64,000 nt of DNA from Salinispira sp. (GCA_965226555.1 CBDDDG010000010.1:288001-352000); one strand, 5' to 3'. Numbered from the stretch's first letter, positions 32,428 to 43,470 are shown. The notes: generated from the sequence alone by a model not told the origin. Numbers and translations: made by a program.

Positions 32428-33238
32428 ATTGCTTACCGCCCCCCTTCGCTACGACTTCATGCTGCGCGGGCTGGGCGCAGGGATCCTTGCCGCAATAGCC
32501 TGCGCCGCCCTCAGCTGCTTTGTTGTCTGGCGCGGCTGGGCCTTCATTGGCGATGCTCTGGCGCATACCATGCTTCCGGGAATTGTTCTGGCTCAGGCAA
32601 GCGGAATTGGGCTTATATTCGGCGCCCTCATTGCCTCTATTTTCAGCGTACTCGGCATTGGAGCCATAAAAAACAAGAGCAACCTCCGGGAAGACAGCGC
32701 AATTGGTATTATTTTTGCGGGATTTTTTGCCTTAGGGATACTCCTGCTGAGCACGTTGAGCGGTCTGCAGGATCTGAGCCATATTCTCTTTGGCAACATT
32801 CTCGGTGTGAGTAATGATGACCTCGTTCTGCTGGCAATTGTAACAGCAATTATTCTGATAGTTCTGAAATTGGGTTTTAAGGAGCTTCTCACCGCCTCCT
32901 TCGATCCGGCGCATGCTTCCGCAATTGGTCTTTCACCGGGTTTCATACGGTATCTGCTTCTCGTTCTGCTGGCGCTTACAACGGTTGTTGCTGTGCAGGC
33001 AGTGGGTGTTGTACTCGTTGTTGCTTTGCTGGTTACTCCTGCGGCAAGCGCCTCGTTGTTGACCCGAAAGCTTGAAACGACAATAGCGCTGTCTTTTGTG
33101 TTTGCCCTTACGGCAACAATAATCGGCTTCTATATTTCCTATTATACCGATCTGACTTCCGGGCCGGTTATTGTGCTTACCCTCATTTCATTCTTCTGCG
33201 TAAGTATGGCAGTATCTCATTTTCGCCAGAGCCGGTAA
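32420..33238 (+). CDS. Mn/Zn ABC transporter permease
   Basis: GDALAHTMLPG, REDSAIG, ILFGNILG motifs. Confidence 0.9.
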   Translation: MFELLTAPLRYDFMLRGLGAGILAAIACAALSCFVVWRGWAFIGDALAHTMLPGIVLAQASGIGLIFGALIASIFSVLGIGAIKNKSNLREDSAIGIIFAGFFALGILLLSTLSGLQDLSHILFGNILGVSNDDLVLLAIVTAIILIVLKLGFKELLTASFDPAHASAIGLSPGFIRYLLLVLLALTTVVAVQAVGVVLVVALLVTPAASASLLTRKLETTIALSFVFALTATIIGFYISYYTDLTSGPVIVLTLISFFCVSMAVSHFRQSR

Positions 33239-33312
33239 CGCTCATGACACATTCTTCTGCGCGGGCGCGCGGGCATTCTTCTGCGCGGGCGCGGGCATGG
33301 CAATATTGGCGC

Positions 33313-33519
33313 TCAGGGGGCGGAGTTCTCAGAATCGTTCTCGTTAATTGATTGTGGTTCATCTGATGTCCCGCGAATCATCCCGAACATTTCCTTAACA
33401 AACTCCGTGGTCCTTTTTCTTAAATCTTCCCGAATTTCCCTATACGCTTCATCGTTGAGGAAATCATTATCCGATGGTATTGAGCTGTCAATAAATTCAA
33501 AATTTTTATTTGGTTCCAT
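33313..33519 (-). CDS. Small acidic hypothetical protein (68 aa)
   Basis: SD GGAGGT before ATG; co-oriented downstream of the Ntn-like gene. Confidence 0.55.
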   Translation of the reverse strand: MEPNKNFEFIDSSIPSDNDFLNDEAYREIREDLRKRTTEFVKEMFGMIRGTSDEPQSINENDSENSAP

Positions 33520-33549
33520 TGTAACCTCCCATAAAAAGTTAATCGTGAG

Positions 33550-34857
33550 TTATAAAACTCCCTTCCTGAAATAATTATTGAGAAAATGAGTATTATACTC
33601 CTTATCGAAATAGTGTTTTCTCCGAATCCAGATAAACCCATCGCCCTTTGAAATGAGCGCTACATCAACGGGACCGCCAACTGTCTCCGCTCCTTCCGAC
33701 AACTTACCTTTGAATGATGTTAAATTTACTAAGGTTTCTGCCATAGCGGCAAGTTCCATCTTCGGTAACGAGACAACAATATCCATTAATGGGTTTATAA
33801 ATACTTTGTGTTTTATGTGTTTAATTTGCGAATCGATAAACGTATATATTTTTTTAACCTTTCTGTTCAAGTCGTCTCCTTCGTTGGTCGTAGTATTTTG
33901 TGCTGGAGTAGTATTCGCAACAGTATCGGAAATTTGCCTGTAGAATGAAACAAGTTCTTCTCTCAACGCATTTTCAAAATCGGGAGCAATTCCCTCAATA
34001 AATGTTCTGATCATATCCGATTGCGCAAAGGGCCTAATTGCTGCCCGCTGATCAAAGTCAATGCTCGCGGATGTCGCCTTCTGATACTTCAGTTTGTTGC
34101 CAATAATACTTTCTAAGGTATATGAAACGAGAGCAGGAAAAATATCTTTTTCTCCATACCCGGAAATTACTATTCCCGTATTCGGACTCCCTGAATAATA
34201 CCGAGTTAATGACAATATAGCAATATCTGTTAGCTTTTTCGATCCGCTTGGTGAGAGCGGTAGTCCGGTAAATATTTTATTTTTGATATTCTCTATATCC
34301 TTCTGAAGGATTCTTTCAATGCGTTCTCTATCCTTATGTGGGAGTGGTTTACCGCTACGTAATTTCATTATTGATAAATTCTTGAATGTGGATAAAGTAT
34401 TATCAATAATTCTATCCAGAATCTTCTGTGGTTCTGCCTGCTGTTTTTTCGTCTTCATGCTTGCAAAATGAAAGAATAGATAGTCCTTGTAATCATTCAG
34501 GATTTTTGAATAGAGCGTCCCGATAGCAGTCAGGTTATATGTATATTGTTGCGATTCGGGAAATATGTCACGATTTGTTTCTATGAAACGTAAAAAATCG
34601 TTTCCATATTCAGCCAGATGATCAAAATGCTTGGCACCGAGCTCTTCTCTATATATTTTTATTATTGTTTCCCAGTGTACTCCCATAAAACATGCGTTGC
34701 TGTATATCATAATGCCAACGGGATGATACTTTGAGAGCATGAACAGTTTATTTGCAGATGGATAAATTTTCGGCGCATCGGTTCCGCCAATTGTGACCGC
34801 GCTGTCGGCTGCAAGAGCGACAGCTGTCTGATTCAAAATTGCAATTTCCGTAGTCAC
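33550..34857 (-). CDS. Putative Ntn-hydrolase/proteasome-beta-like protein with large insertion
   Basis: (M)TTEIAIL..AVALAADSAVT, K in SANKLF, C-terminal TVGGPVDVALI; AT-rich. Confidence 0.6.
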   Translation of the reverse strand: MTTEIAILNQTAVALAADSAVTIGGTDAPKIYPSANKLFMLSKYHPVGIMIYSNACFMGVHWETIIKIYREELGAKHFDHLAEYGNDFLRFIETNRDIFPESQQYTYNLTAIGTLYSKILNDYKDYLFFHFASMKTKKQQAEPQKILDRIIDNTLSTFKNLSIMKLRSGKPLPHKDRERIERILQKDIENIKNKIFTGLPLSPSGSKKLTDIAILSLTRYYSGSPNTGIVISGYGEKDIFPALVSYTLESIIGNKLKYQKATSASIDFDQRAAIRPFAQSDMIRTFIEGIAPDFENALREELVSFYRQISDTVANTTPAQNTTTNEGDDLNRKVKKIYTFIDSQIKHIKHKVFINPLMDIVVSLPKMELAAMAETLVNLTSFKGKLSEGAETVGGPVDVALISKGDGFIWIRRKHYFDKEYNTHFLNNYFRKGVL

Positions 34858-34910
34858 CGGACTCTCCTTGGCGCAGTGTACTCAAAATGCACCCAAGCGG
34901 ATGCCGCAGA

Positions 34911-36095
34911 TTACTGCTTGTGTTGTTGCTTGATCTGCTGCTTGAGTTGAATAGAGGCGGTTGCGTAGCCGCCATCGGCAGCATCGACAAAATGCACTTC
35001 CTCATCGGAGCCGAAGTTTATCATACAGGTCATGAGCGCCCGATCGCTCACATGCACGCCGTAGAATATTTTTCCTTTTTGATAGAGGACATTGAGAAGG
35101 CGTTCAAAGCGTTCGCGCTGTTCGGTTGTGCAGGCAATAACCATTTTCAGGGTGCCATCGTACTTTCGAAAATCTGAATTAATAATGTTATCTTTTTTTA
35201 CATCTCTAAAATATTTTCTCCCTCTCCGTATGGGAATACGGAGTTTCTCAACAATTTTCATTATGACAATTTCCATGCGAATGAGCAGCATCCGCACAGC
35301 ATAGGGAAAGCCGGAAGTTTCGCCGCTGAAAACACGGGCTTCGCCGGTAATTTCAGACTCGCTCATAGATTGATTCTCAACTCGGAGCGGATGATACCGT
35401 TCCTGAGTACCAAAGATTTTTTCAATGCTTTCAATGAGCACCGCCATGAATTTCTCGGTGGCAGCCATGGTTTTTTCACGCGATTTAATAATGAGGGAGA
35501 TAGTTTCGCCGTATATACTTGGAATAGCCTTCCACCGGCAGGTAAAGCCTGAAAAATCGGCAATACCCTTGGGTTCGGCATCTAAGGGAATGATATAGGG
35601 ATTATCCAGAGCAGGATCCTTAACGAGCTCTTCAGCAAGATCGATGCCGGGGCCGCTGATAATGGCCTGAACATACTGAGGCGATACTTTAAAACGGGCA
35701 AGCTGTATGTGGCTGCCGCTGTCGTATACCTCCTGAATGGGGACAATGCCAAGCCGGAGATCAAGATCGAATACCTTTTTCACAAGATCCCGGGTATCAA
35801 TAAGAAGCTCTCTCACCTGATCCATGAGTTCCGATGGAAGCAGATAGGTCATACCGTCACCGCCGAAAATAAAGGGAAATTCCATATCGCCAATGAGGTT
35901 ACTTATTGCCATAACAGCAAGGCTCCCCGCGGTGTTCACTTCCTTATACTTTTCATTTTGGATGGCAGTGGTGGAATTAATGACATCGGTTATAATAACG
36001 TACCAGTTCATAGGAGGGTCGCGATAATACTTCTGTTTGAAAATATCACTAAAACTGGTAATTGCTTCAAGTTGGGAATAAAAATTCTCATTCAT
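34911..36095 (-). CDS. DUF3095-family protein
   Basis: ITDVINST.AI...YKEVN, FIFGGDG, SGFTCRW, DFRKYDGTLKM, HFVDAADGGYA; SD GGAGGT. Confidence 0.85.
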   Translation of the reverse strand: MNENFYSQLEAITSFSDIFKQKYYRDPPMNWYVIITDVINSTTAIQNEKYKEVNTAGSLAVMAISNLIGDMEFPFIFGGDGMTYLLPSELMDQVRELLIDTRDLVKKVFDLDLRLGIVPIQEVYDSGSHIQLARFKVSPQYVQAIISGPGIDLAEELVKDPALDNPYIIPLDAEPKGIADFSGFTCRWKAIPSIYGETISLIIKSREKTMAATEKFMAVLIESIEKIFGTQERYHPLRVENQSMSESEITGEARVFSGETSGFPYAVRMLLIRMEIVIMKIVEKLRIPIRRGRKYFRDVKKDNIINSDFRKYDGTLKMVIACTTEQRERFERLLNVLYQKGKIFYGVHVSDRALMTCMINFGSDEEVHFVDAADGGYATASIQLKQQIKQQHKQ

Positions 36096-36141
36096 GATAC
36101 CTCCAGCATAATAGCGAATACAATAAAATACAAGTACTAAC

Positions 36142-37768
36142 CAGAACTTCCCCAACAATTTTTTTAGACCATTGCAGGAACTCTCATACGCATTCATGAT
36201 CTACTAATCATCAACACATCACAGAATTCCTGAGTATTTTACCTAATGAAAAGCTTTATGTCAATCAAAAATTTCACTTTTACTGAAATTATACCTGATC
36301 ATAGTCTTCTTTGCACGCAAAATGAGCATACCCCCCTTCGAAAATCCACTTATGCGCGGTACAATTCCCAATTATGGGAGGGACTATGTGTTCTCAGAAA
36401 AAAAGTGTTGCCCGAACCTTTATTCAAAGGCTCGGACAGATGCTGAAAACAACCAATTTAACCGACCCTCGGAAACGACCGGTTGTTCAGCTATCACAAA
36501 TAATGGCTCTCATTATATCGATGCCATTATTTTCATGCAAGAGTCTGTTTGATCTCGATTATCTGGCTCGGAATAAACATGTTCGGAAGTTACTCGGCAG
36601 CAAACGGTATATGGTCGGTTCCGACAGCACCATACAACGGGTGATTTCTCAGATCATACCGGATGAAGTGACGACGATGGTGGGAACCAGTATGAAGTTG
36701 TCAGTGAGTGACACTGAAGAATCGTGTTATTTGGACACGGGAGTTCATCGGAGTATTGGTATTGTCGATGGCACCTGTGTCTTCGGGAGCGTCTGGTTCA
36801 CCGTGCTGGCGCGACCGACAAAGACAGGAACGTATGCGCAGGTTGTGAGACCGATGAAGGGCAGAGGGCACGAACTGCGCGGGTCTGAAGAAATGCTTTT
36901 GAGGGAAGGAGATACCCTGCCGCAATTGTTAAGTTTCGATGGGCTCTATCTGTGTGAGCCCTTTCTTCATCTGATCTGCGCAAAATTAAAGCGTCATATT
37001 CTGGTGAAATTTCGTTCGGTAAAGCGGGATGGCACTCCGCGGAAACATGAGCGGTTGCTCCTTGATCGCGCAGCCCGCTATATGGAACATCAGGGGTTCT
37101 ATAGTGATGCAGTCCAAACCGCGAGCGGGTATGATTATCAACGATCAACGAGTTACCAGATTGAGGCAGTGCTTGACGAATGGCATGGCGTTCCGGTGCT
37201 GGTGCTGCGGGTCACTGAAGGGAAGGAGACGTTCTGGGTAATTACGAGTGATGTACATCTGTCATTGCCTGCTGCGCGGGAAGCTGCGCACCTGCGGTGG
37301 AGCATAGAGAATGATGAGTTTAAGCGCATGTCGTATCTTACCGGCACCAAGAGAGTGCGGACGCATAACAAGATCGCCGCTGTGTGTTTGTTGTGCTGCA
37401 TTGCCATGGGGGTCAATTTTCTCACCAGTATCAACCATGTGCTGGCGAGCGTCGTAACAAAAACGCTTCCTGTTAAGCGAACATGGAAAATAACAGGGCG
37501 GTGGATATGGAAGGGAATAAAATGGCAGATTCGCACAGGAGGGATGTCTGTGTTGAGCTAAGTAGTGAACAATCGGTCGTTTTCGAGGGCAGTCTACCGA
37601 GTTGATTTCCTTACATATCACTAACACACAATCAACGCAGACCGGCGGTTCTGCGGCGGGGGTGGTCTATGCGCCCGGTATTCCCGCCACATACTCACTG
37701 CTCAAGGGCAAAATCTCCCTCCATTATTCTGTCAAAATCCCGTCAAAAAAATTGTTGGGGAAGTTCTG
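36142..37768 (+). mobile_element. Complete 1627-bp IS (IS4-like DDE)
   Basis: Perfect 24-bp TIR CAGAACTTCCCCAACAATTTTTTT; 9-bp TSD AGTACTAAC at 36133-36141 and 37769-37777. Confidence 0.93.
36374..37561 (+). CDS. DDE transposase (IS4-like; family uncertain)
   Basis: SDSTIQR, GIVDGT, SFDGLY, RWSIENDEFK. Confidence 0.85.
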   Translation: MGGTMCSQKKSVARTFIQRLGQMLKTTNLTDPRKRPVVQLSQIMALIISMPLFSCKSLFDLDYLARNKHVRKLLGSKRYMVGSDSTIQRVISQIIPDEVTTMVGTSMKLSVSDTEESCYLDTGVHRSIGIVDGTCVFGSVWFTVLARPTKTGTYAQVVRPMKGRGHELRGSEEMLLREGDTLPQLLSFDGLYLCEPFLHLICAKLKRHILVKFRSVKRDGTPRKHERLLLDRAARYMEHQGFYSDAVQTASGYDYQRSTSYQIEAVLDEWHGVPVLVLRVTEGKETFWVITSDVHLSLPAAREAAHLRWSIENDEFKRMSYLTGTKRVRTHNKIAAVCLLCCIAMGVNFLTSINHVLASVVTKTLPVKRTWKITGRWIWKGIKWQIRTGGMSVLS

Positions 37769-37853
37769 AGTACTAACCAGAGAATCCCCGGATATTCCGG
37801 GACTTCATACATTCATATTTCCACAAGGACCTCGCGCTGAGCATTGTCCCCGG

Positions 37854-37985
37854 GAGCATACCAGCCCCCATTCCCGACTCCCCGAAAAAAATCACAACAT
37901 TCTTTCAAATTTTTTCAAAAAACACAATCAAAAATAACATTTTGCTCGTCACAGATATAGCAGGAGGTATACATGAGTAATGCCC
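37854..37985 (+). repeat. Orphan Rpn leader element
   Basis: Highly similar to the reverse complement of 14806-14935, including SD and ATGAGTAATGCC, but no Rpn ORF follows. Confidence 0.8.
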
Positions 37986-38071
37986 ATTCCTGCCGTAATA
38001 GCGACAACGGTTACGGTATTGATATTTTTTGCTCAACATGTTCATAATTAATGATCTACGAGAGTTGATCT

Positions 38072-39349
38072 ATGCTGGGAAGAAAAATATCGCAAAATAT
38101 CATGCTCATTCTCCTTGGGATGATTCTGACTCTTGCCGTCATCTTCGGATTTGGTCTTATCAAAATTCCCGCAGCCGACATAAGCGAAAAATCCTCCGAA
38201 AAATCTGACCCCTCCGGCTCGGAATCAACCGTAGCCCCAAACCCAGCAGCAGCCCCAACATCTTCCGCATACTCCGAACTCAATCTCCAGAGCAACAACG
38301 GATACATTGTTCCTGCCTTCGATGGGCGAAGTAATTTCACCATCGATGAGAACAATACCATTGAGGTCTATGAAAAACGGAACGAAGCAGTAGTGAATGT
38401 GAGCACTGAAACAATATCCTATTCCTTCTTTTTCGAGCCGCTGCCGCAGGAAGGGGGAGTGGGGAGCGGAACCGTCATCGACAGGCGGGGCTATGTGCTC
38501 ACCAACTACCATGTTATTCGGGAATCGGTGAAGATTTTTGTGACACTTGCCGATGGAGAGCGCGTTGAGGCGGAGCTGATTGGCGCTGATCCCGAAAATG
38601 ATCTTGCCGTGCTTAAATTTGAGCCGGACGGGCGGGAATTGCAGACTATTCCGCTGGGCAATTCCGATGCGCTGCGCATTGGGCAGAAGGTTCTGGCAAT
38701 TGGGAACCCCTTCAGTTTCGACCGCACCCTCACCACCGGTGTTGTGTCGGGGCTCGGCAGACCGATCAGGAGCGAAAACGGCATGATTATTCAGGGAATG
38801 ATTCAGACAGATGCCTCCATCAATCCCGGCAATTCCGGGGGCCCCCTCCTCAATTCCCAAGGCAGCCTCATCGGGGTGAACACGGTCATTTATTCCCTCA
38901 GCGGAGGAAGTGTGGGAGTGGGCTTTGCCGTTCCGGTGTCCACGGTAAAACGCGTGCTTCCCGATCTTCTTGAATTCGGAAAGGTGAACAGGGGGTGGAT
39001 TGACATCAGCCCCATACAGCTCTTTCCCCAACTTGTTACGTATGCCCGCATTCCGCTGCCGCAGGGCATTCTTGTAAGCGCGGTTCGGGGGGGCGGAAAT
39101 GCCGATAATGCCGGAATACGCGGCGGCAGCAGAAACAGCGCGGTGCGCTACGGTAATACCATTATTTATCTCGGCGGCGATATTATTACAGAGGTAGACG
39201 GCACGGTAACGCACAGCATCGCGCAGCTCTATGAAGCCCTTGAAGACAATAAACCAGGCGATGTGGTCACTGTTGTGTATTATCGGGGTTCGCGGCGCAT
39301 TGAAACAGAGGTGGAACTCTCTCAGCGCCCGGAGCAGTTTGCTCTGTGA
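38072..39349 (+). CDS. HtrA/DegP-family serine protease with PDZ domain
   Basis: TNYHV, DLAVL, TDASINPGNSGGPL. Confidence 0.95.
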   Translation: MLGRKISQNIMLILLGMILTLAVIFGFGLIKIPAADISEKSSEKSDPSGSESTVAPNPAAAPTSSAYSELNLQSNNGYIVPAFDGRSNFTIDENNTIEVYEKRNEAVVNVSTETISYSFFFEPLPQEGGVGSGTVIDRRGYVLTNYHVIRESVKIFVTLADGERVEAELIGADPENDLAVLKFEPDGRELQTIPLGNSDALRIGQKVLAIGNPFSFDRTLTTGVVSGLGRPIRSENGMIIQGMIQTDASINPGNSGGPLLNSQGSLIGVNTVIYSLSGGSVGVGFAVPVSTVKRVLPDLLEFGKVNRGWIDISPIQLFPQLVTYARIPLPQGILVSAVRGGGNADNAGIRGGSRNSAVRYGNTIIYLGGDIITEVDGTVTHSIAQLYEALEDNKPGDVVTVVYYRGSRRIETEVELSQRPEQFAL

Positions 39350-41402
39350 AGGAATTGAAGGTCAGGGCCGATTTCAGCCCCTCCGGGGATCAGCCTCAGG
39401 CAATCGACAAGATTGCCCGAAATGTTCTGGACGGAAAACATTTTCAGACACTCAAGGGAGTAACCGGCTCGGGTAAAACCTTCACGATGGCAAAGGTTAT
39501 TGAGAAGGTCCAGAAACCGACGCTTGTTATCTCTCACAATAAAACGCTCTCAGCCCAGCTCTACCGGGAATTCAAGGAGTTTTTTCCCGATAATGCCGTG
39601 GAGTATTTTGTATCTTACTACGATTATTATCAGCCGGAGGCCTACGTGGCCAGCAGAGACCTGTATATCGAAAAAGATGCTTCCATTAATGAGGAAATTG
39701 AAAAGCTGCGGCTTGCGGCCACGGCAAGCCTGCTTGAGCGGCGCGATGTCATTGTTGTTGCGACAGTGTCCTGCATCTACGGTCTCGGGAGTCCGCGGGA
39801 ATATCGCGACATGCGCATCCGGCTTGACCGAGGCACCCCGCTCGACATAAAAACCCTGCGCCGCGATCTCATCGCTCTCCAGTATGAGCGCAACGATGCC
39901 GCCCCCCGCCGCGGGGTTTTTCGGGTTCGCGGCGATGTTATTGAGGTTTTTCCCGCCTATTCTGAAGATGTCTACCGCATTGAGCTTGAATGGGATGAAA
40001 TTAACAGAATCAGCAAAATTCATCCGCTGAGCGCCGAGGTTCTGGAAGAGTTTGAAACGCTGATGATCTACCCTGCCAAGCACTTTGTTCTGCCTGAGGA
40101 GATGCTCAAAAAGAGCCTTGGTGTTATCCGCAATGAGCTTGAAGATCGGCATGCCTCGCTCCTGCGGCAGAATAAGCTTGTGGAGGCGCAGCGGATTAAG
40201 AGCCGCACGGAGTACGATTTGGAGATGATGCAGGAAATGGGGTATTGCTCCGGTATTGAGAATTACAGCCGGCATCTCACGGGGCGAAAGAAGGGAGAAC
40301 GCCCCTCAGTACTCATCGACTATTTCCCCAAAGATTTTTCTCACCATTATTGATGAAAGCCATGTTACCGTGCCGCAGATCGGCGGTATGTATGCCGGCG
40401 ACCGTTCGCGGAAGCAGAACCTCGTTGAATTCGGTTTTCGCCTGCCCTCAGCCCTCGACAACAGACCCCTGTACTACGCAGAATTTGAAGGGCTCTGTAC
40501 CGGCACTGTTTTTGTCAGCGCGACTCCCGGCGACAATGAACTTGAGAAATCGGGGCCGCCGGTTGAACAGGTGATCCGGCCGACCGGTCTGCTTGACCCC
40601 GAAATTGATGTACGCCCGACCGAGGGACAAATTGAAGATCTGCATGGTGAAATTACCCGGCGGATTCAGGCGGGTGAGCGCACCCTCATTACAACGCTTA
40701 CCAAGAAAATGGCCCGAGGATCTCAGCGGCTTCCTGAGTTCCATGGGGCTGAAGGTACGCTATCTTCACTCGGAAATTGAGACCATAGAGCGGGTGGAAA
40801 TTCTTACGGAACTCCGCATGGGAACCTTCGATGTGCTCATCGGCATCAACCTCCTGCGCGAGGGCCTGGATCTTCCCGAAGTATCGCTGGTAGCCATTCT
40901 CGATGCCGACAAAATCGGCTTTCTTCGTTCCGCAACCAGCCTCATTCAGACCATTGGGCGTTCTGCGAGAAATGCAAACGGCACGGTCATTATGTACGCC
41001 GACCGTGAATCGGATGCTATGAAAAAGGCAATCGCAGAAACCCGGCGGCGCAGAAGTTTACAAATGAAGTACAATGAGAAGAACGGCATAACTCCTAAGA
41101 GCATCAGCAAGGCTGTGCAGAGTATTCTCATCAGAAAAAAGGAAGAGAAGCAGCAGGAGGGCCTCGATGATATCAACATACTGAAGGCAGAATTTAATGT
41201 GATGATACCTGCCGACCGCCGAAAACTTATCAAAAAACTCGGCGAGCACATGCTTGAGCATGCGAAAAACATGGAATTTGAACAGGCTGCCATTATCCGC
41301 GATGAAATTGAAGGAATTGAAAAAGTTATAAGCGCCCATGCGGACGGATCGCCCATCCTCTCATTGCACCCTGAAAAGAACGGGATCAATGCCGTTTCCT
41401 GA
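39346..41402 (+). CDS. uvrB: Excinuclease ABC subunit B (two single-base frameshifts, probably artefacts)
   Basis: [33 protein letters not shown]; extra base in T5 at 40335-40339 and in C3 at 40713-40715. Confidence 0.95.
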
Positions 41403-42396
41403 AATATGAGGATAAAACACTGCATTCGAATATGTGCCGGATAATCTGATATATTCATTGCATGTGCTGTCAATATTGTGGAAGATATAGGCGTAGGATT
41501 CACTCAGCGTTATCAGTTTGTCATTATTTGATATCGCCGTGCTTTGCTGATTCAATGAGGAATCCGGTAAAAATACCGTTCTTCCGAACTTCCTGGTGCA
41601 GATTCGGGATATCGTCAATAAAACTTCCGCGTCCACTCGTTGCTCTTAAGAACATCCTCCGACCACTCGTAGCTTTATGCAAGGCTAGGCTCGATGCCGG
41701 GAGTACCGACAGATTCTTCCCTACCTGCCGCTTTCAAATACCATTACCGATACTCTCAGCAATCCCATTGCGCTCGGTCCCGATGCAGCTGAAATTCGAA
41801 CGGGTGCGACATTGCTTGCAGGTAGGCTGTCCACTCCAAAGCCCACCGGCAGATTCCCAGCGCTATTACAGGCATCGAAAATTGCTATGGTATGACGAGT
41901 GGTTAATTCTCCTATTTTCTGTAACAACGCATCGGAAGATACGAAGGCCTCAGTGCTTGCGTTTCAAATCATCAGAATTCAAATTATCAGGAATCCAATT
42001 GGAAAAAATGATCAAACTCTCGCCGAAGGCTTCCAAACCGTGACCTGCGAAGTATATGAAGAGTATATCATTATTGCTCACGGTATCGGCAGCCCTGTCA
42101 ATATCACGCCAAAACTGAGCCTGTTCTATCCACCCTCCGACATTTTCATTAAGCACGGTTATTCCCTGCTCCCTGAAAAGTTGAGCCATCTCCCTGCCAT
42201 CGGTTGTCGCGTTCGGAAGCTGATTATCTACAGGCAGGTAATCATATTCACCAACCCCGTACACGAGTGCATAGCGACCCGGAGGTTCCAGATCGGACAT
42301 AACACAGGATGTCAGCATGAACACAAGTACCATTCCGGCAATGGAGGTTCTCAGAAGAGAAGTTCTCAGAAACGGCAGGCAGATTTTCCAATTCAT
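41361..42396 (-). pseudogene. Caspase-like (peptidase C14) lipoprotein, multiply frameshifted
   Basis: Lipobox LTSC, YALVYGV, IYFAGHG, and IFDACNS in another frame. Confidence 0.75.
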
Positions 42397-42470
42397 ATGT
42401 ACAATAATATACCTTCTTCATCATGATATATCAAAACTATGCAAACGAGTGGGCGCCTGCCATTGAAACG

Positions 42471-43004
42471 TTACAAATACAGCGTAACAGCAGCCCCTGC
42501 CTGAATAGTGAAGTCAGTATCTCGTCTGAAATGGAGGTTTGTGAAAAGCCGCATGGCAATACCGGGGTTCTGGTCATAATATCTCAGCGGAAACTGGGCA
42601 AAGACTCCGAGGGTAGGGCTTGCAAAAAGCACCCATGTATGCCAGAAAAACTGGAAATCAAGGGCGGCCTCCGCCCCCAAAGTTAAGCGGGGAGAAACAA
42701 TGTAGGCGCCGTATAGGCCTATGCCCATGCCAACATCGCCCCGAAAACCAAGGAGCAATTCCTCATCTGCGGCAGGCGGCGGCGCAAGCGAAAAGCGTGC
42801 CTGCGGACTTATTATAAAAGAATCGATAACAAATGCGGCGCCAACAGAAAGGCTGGCGCTATAGTGGAGAACATGAAGCCGATATTCTTCCGCATATGAA
42901 TAGCGAAGCCCTTGGGTAAGGGTCGGCTGTACATACACATCCACTGCCTGAGCGGAAACAGCACATGTCAACAGTAAAAACATGCAGAAAATACCCGTAT
43001 TCAT
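42471..43004 (-). CDS. Putative outer-membrane beta-barrel-like protein
   Basis: Signal peptide, alternating aromatic strands, C-terminal VTLYL. Confidence 0.55.
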   Translation of the reverse strand: MNTGIFCMFLLLTCAVSAQAVDVYVQPTLTQGLRYSYAEEYRLHVLHYSASLSVGAAFVIDSFIISPQARFSLAPPPAADEELLLGFRGDVGMGIGLYGAYIVSPRLTLGAEAALDFQFFWHTWVLFASPTLGVFAQFPLRYYDQNPGIAMRLFTNLHFRRDTDFTIQAGAAVTLYL

Positions 43005-43038
43005 ATCAGTATTATACTACAACAAAGTTTTCGAATAT

Positions 43039-43470
43039 ATGATAATCTCTTTCTTCGGTGATATTGTGGAGAAAGCGTATAAATATCAATTTCTATCTAT
43101 ATTTTTGCTGATATGCGCGCTCCTGCTCCCTTCCTGTACTAGGGAACCGCAGCAACTTCCCGATTTGCCGAAAACGCAGGTGCTTTATGCGGCTAACTCA
43201 TGGGGAGTTACGATTCTCCCCTACCTGCCGATCTACAATTCAGACAGCATTGAGGCACAGGTACTGCAGCTACTTCGCCGGGGCGACATTGTTGAGGTCC
43301 TTGAGCAGCGTCCCGACGCCGAGTTCATGTATGGCGATAGAAATCACTGGTATCGTATTCTTCATAACTCATCCGAAGCCTGGGCCTTCGGCGCCGGTTT
43401 CCGTTTTTTCCCCACCGAAGATCAGGCTCATGATGCAGCGCGGCGATTGCTGCATGGAGAGAATTTTTGA
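43039..43470 (+). CDS. SH3-domain lipoprotein
   Basis: LPSC lipobox, LRRGDIVEV..WYRI..AWAFG; start uncertain (43039 or 43066). Confidence 0.7.
   Translation: MIISFFGDIVEKAYKYQFLSIFLLICALLLPSCTREPQQLPDLPKTQVLYAANSWGVTILPYLPIYNSDSIEAQVLQLLRRGDIVEVLEQRPDAEFMYGDRNHWYRILHNSSEAWAFGAGFRFFPTEDQAHDAARRLLHGENF

Noticed and set aside
33250..33297. Regulatory direct repeat CATTCTTCTGCGCGGGCGCG x2
   Set aside because: It is a local tandem duplication between convergent genes with no further support.
37640..37690. Structured ncRNA or tRNA
   Set aside because: This is a GC hairpin inside the IS 3' region with no cloverleaf. I recognised no tRNA or rRNA anywhere in the window.
38225..39214. Long antisense ORFs (also 2836-3561, 5436-6023, 39550-40275)
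   Set aside because: They are shadows of well-supported genes and have no motifs of their own.
40335..40715. Programmed frameshifting or a split uvrB
   Set aside because: Both breaks are single extra bases in short homopolymers, and I see no slippery site with a downstream structure; sequencing error is more likely.
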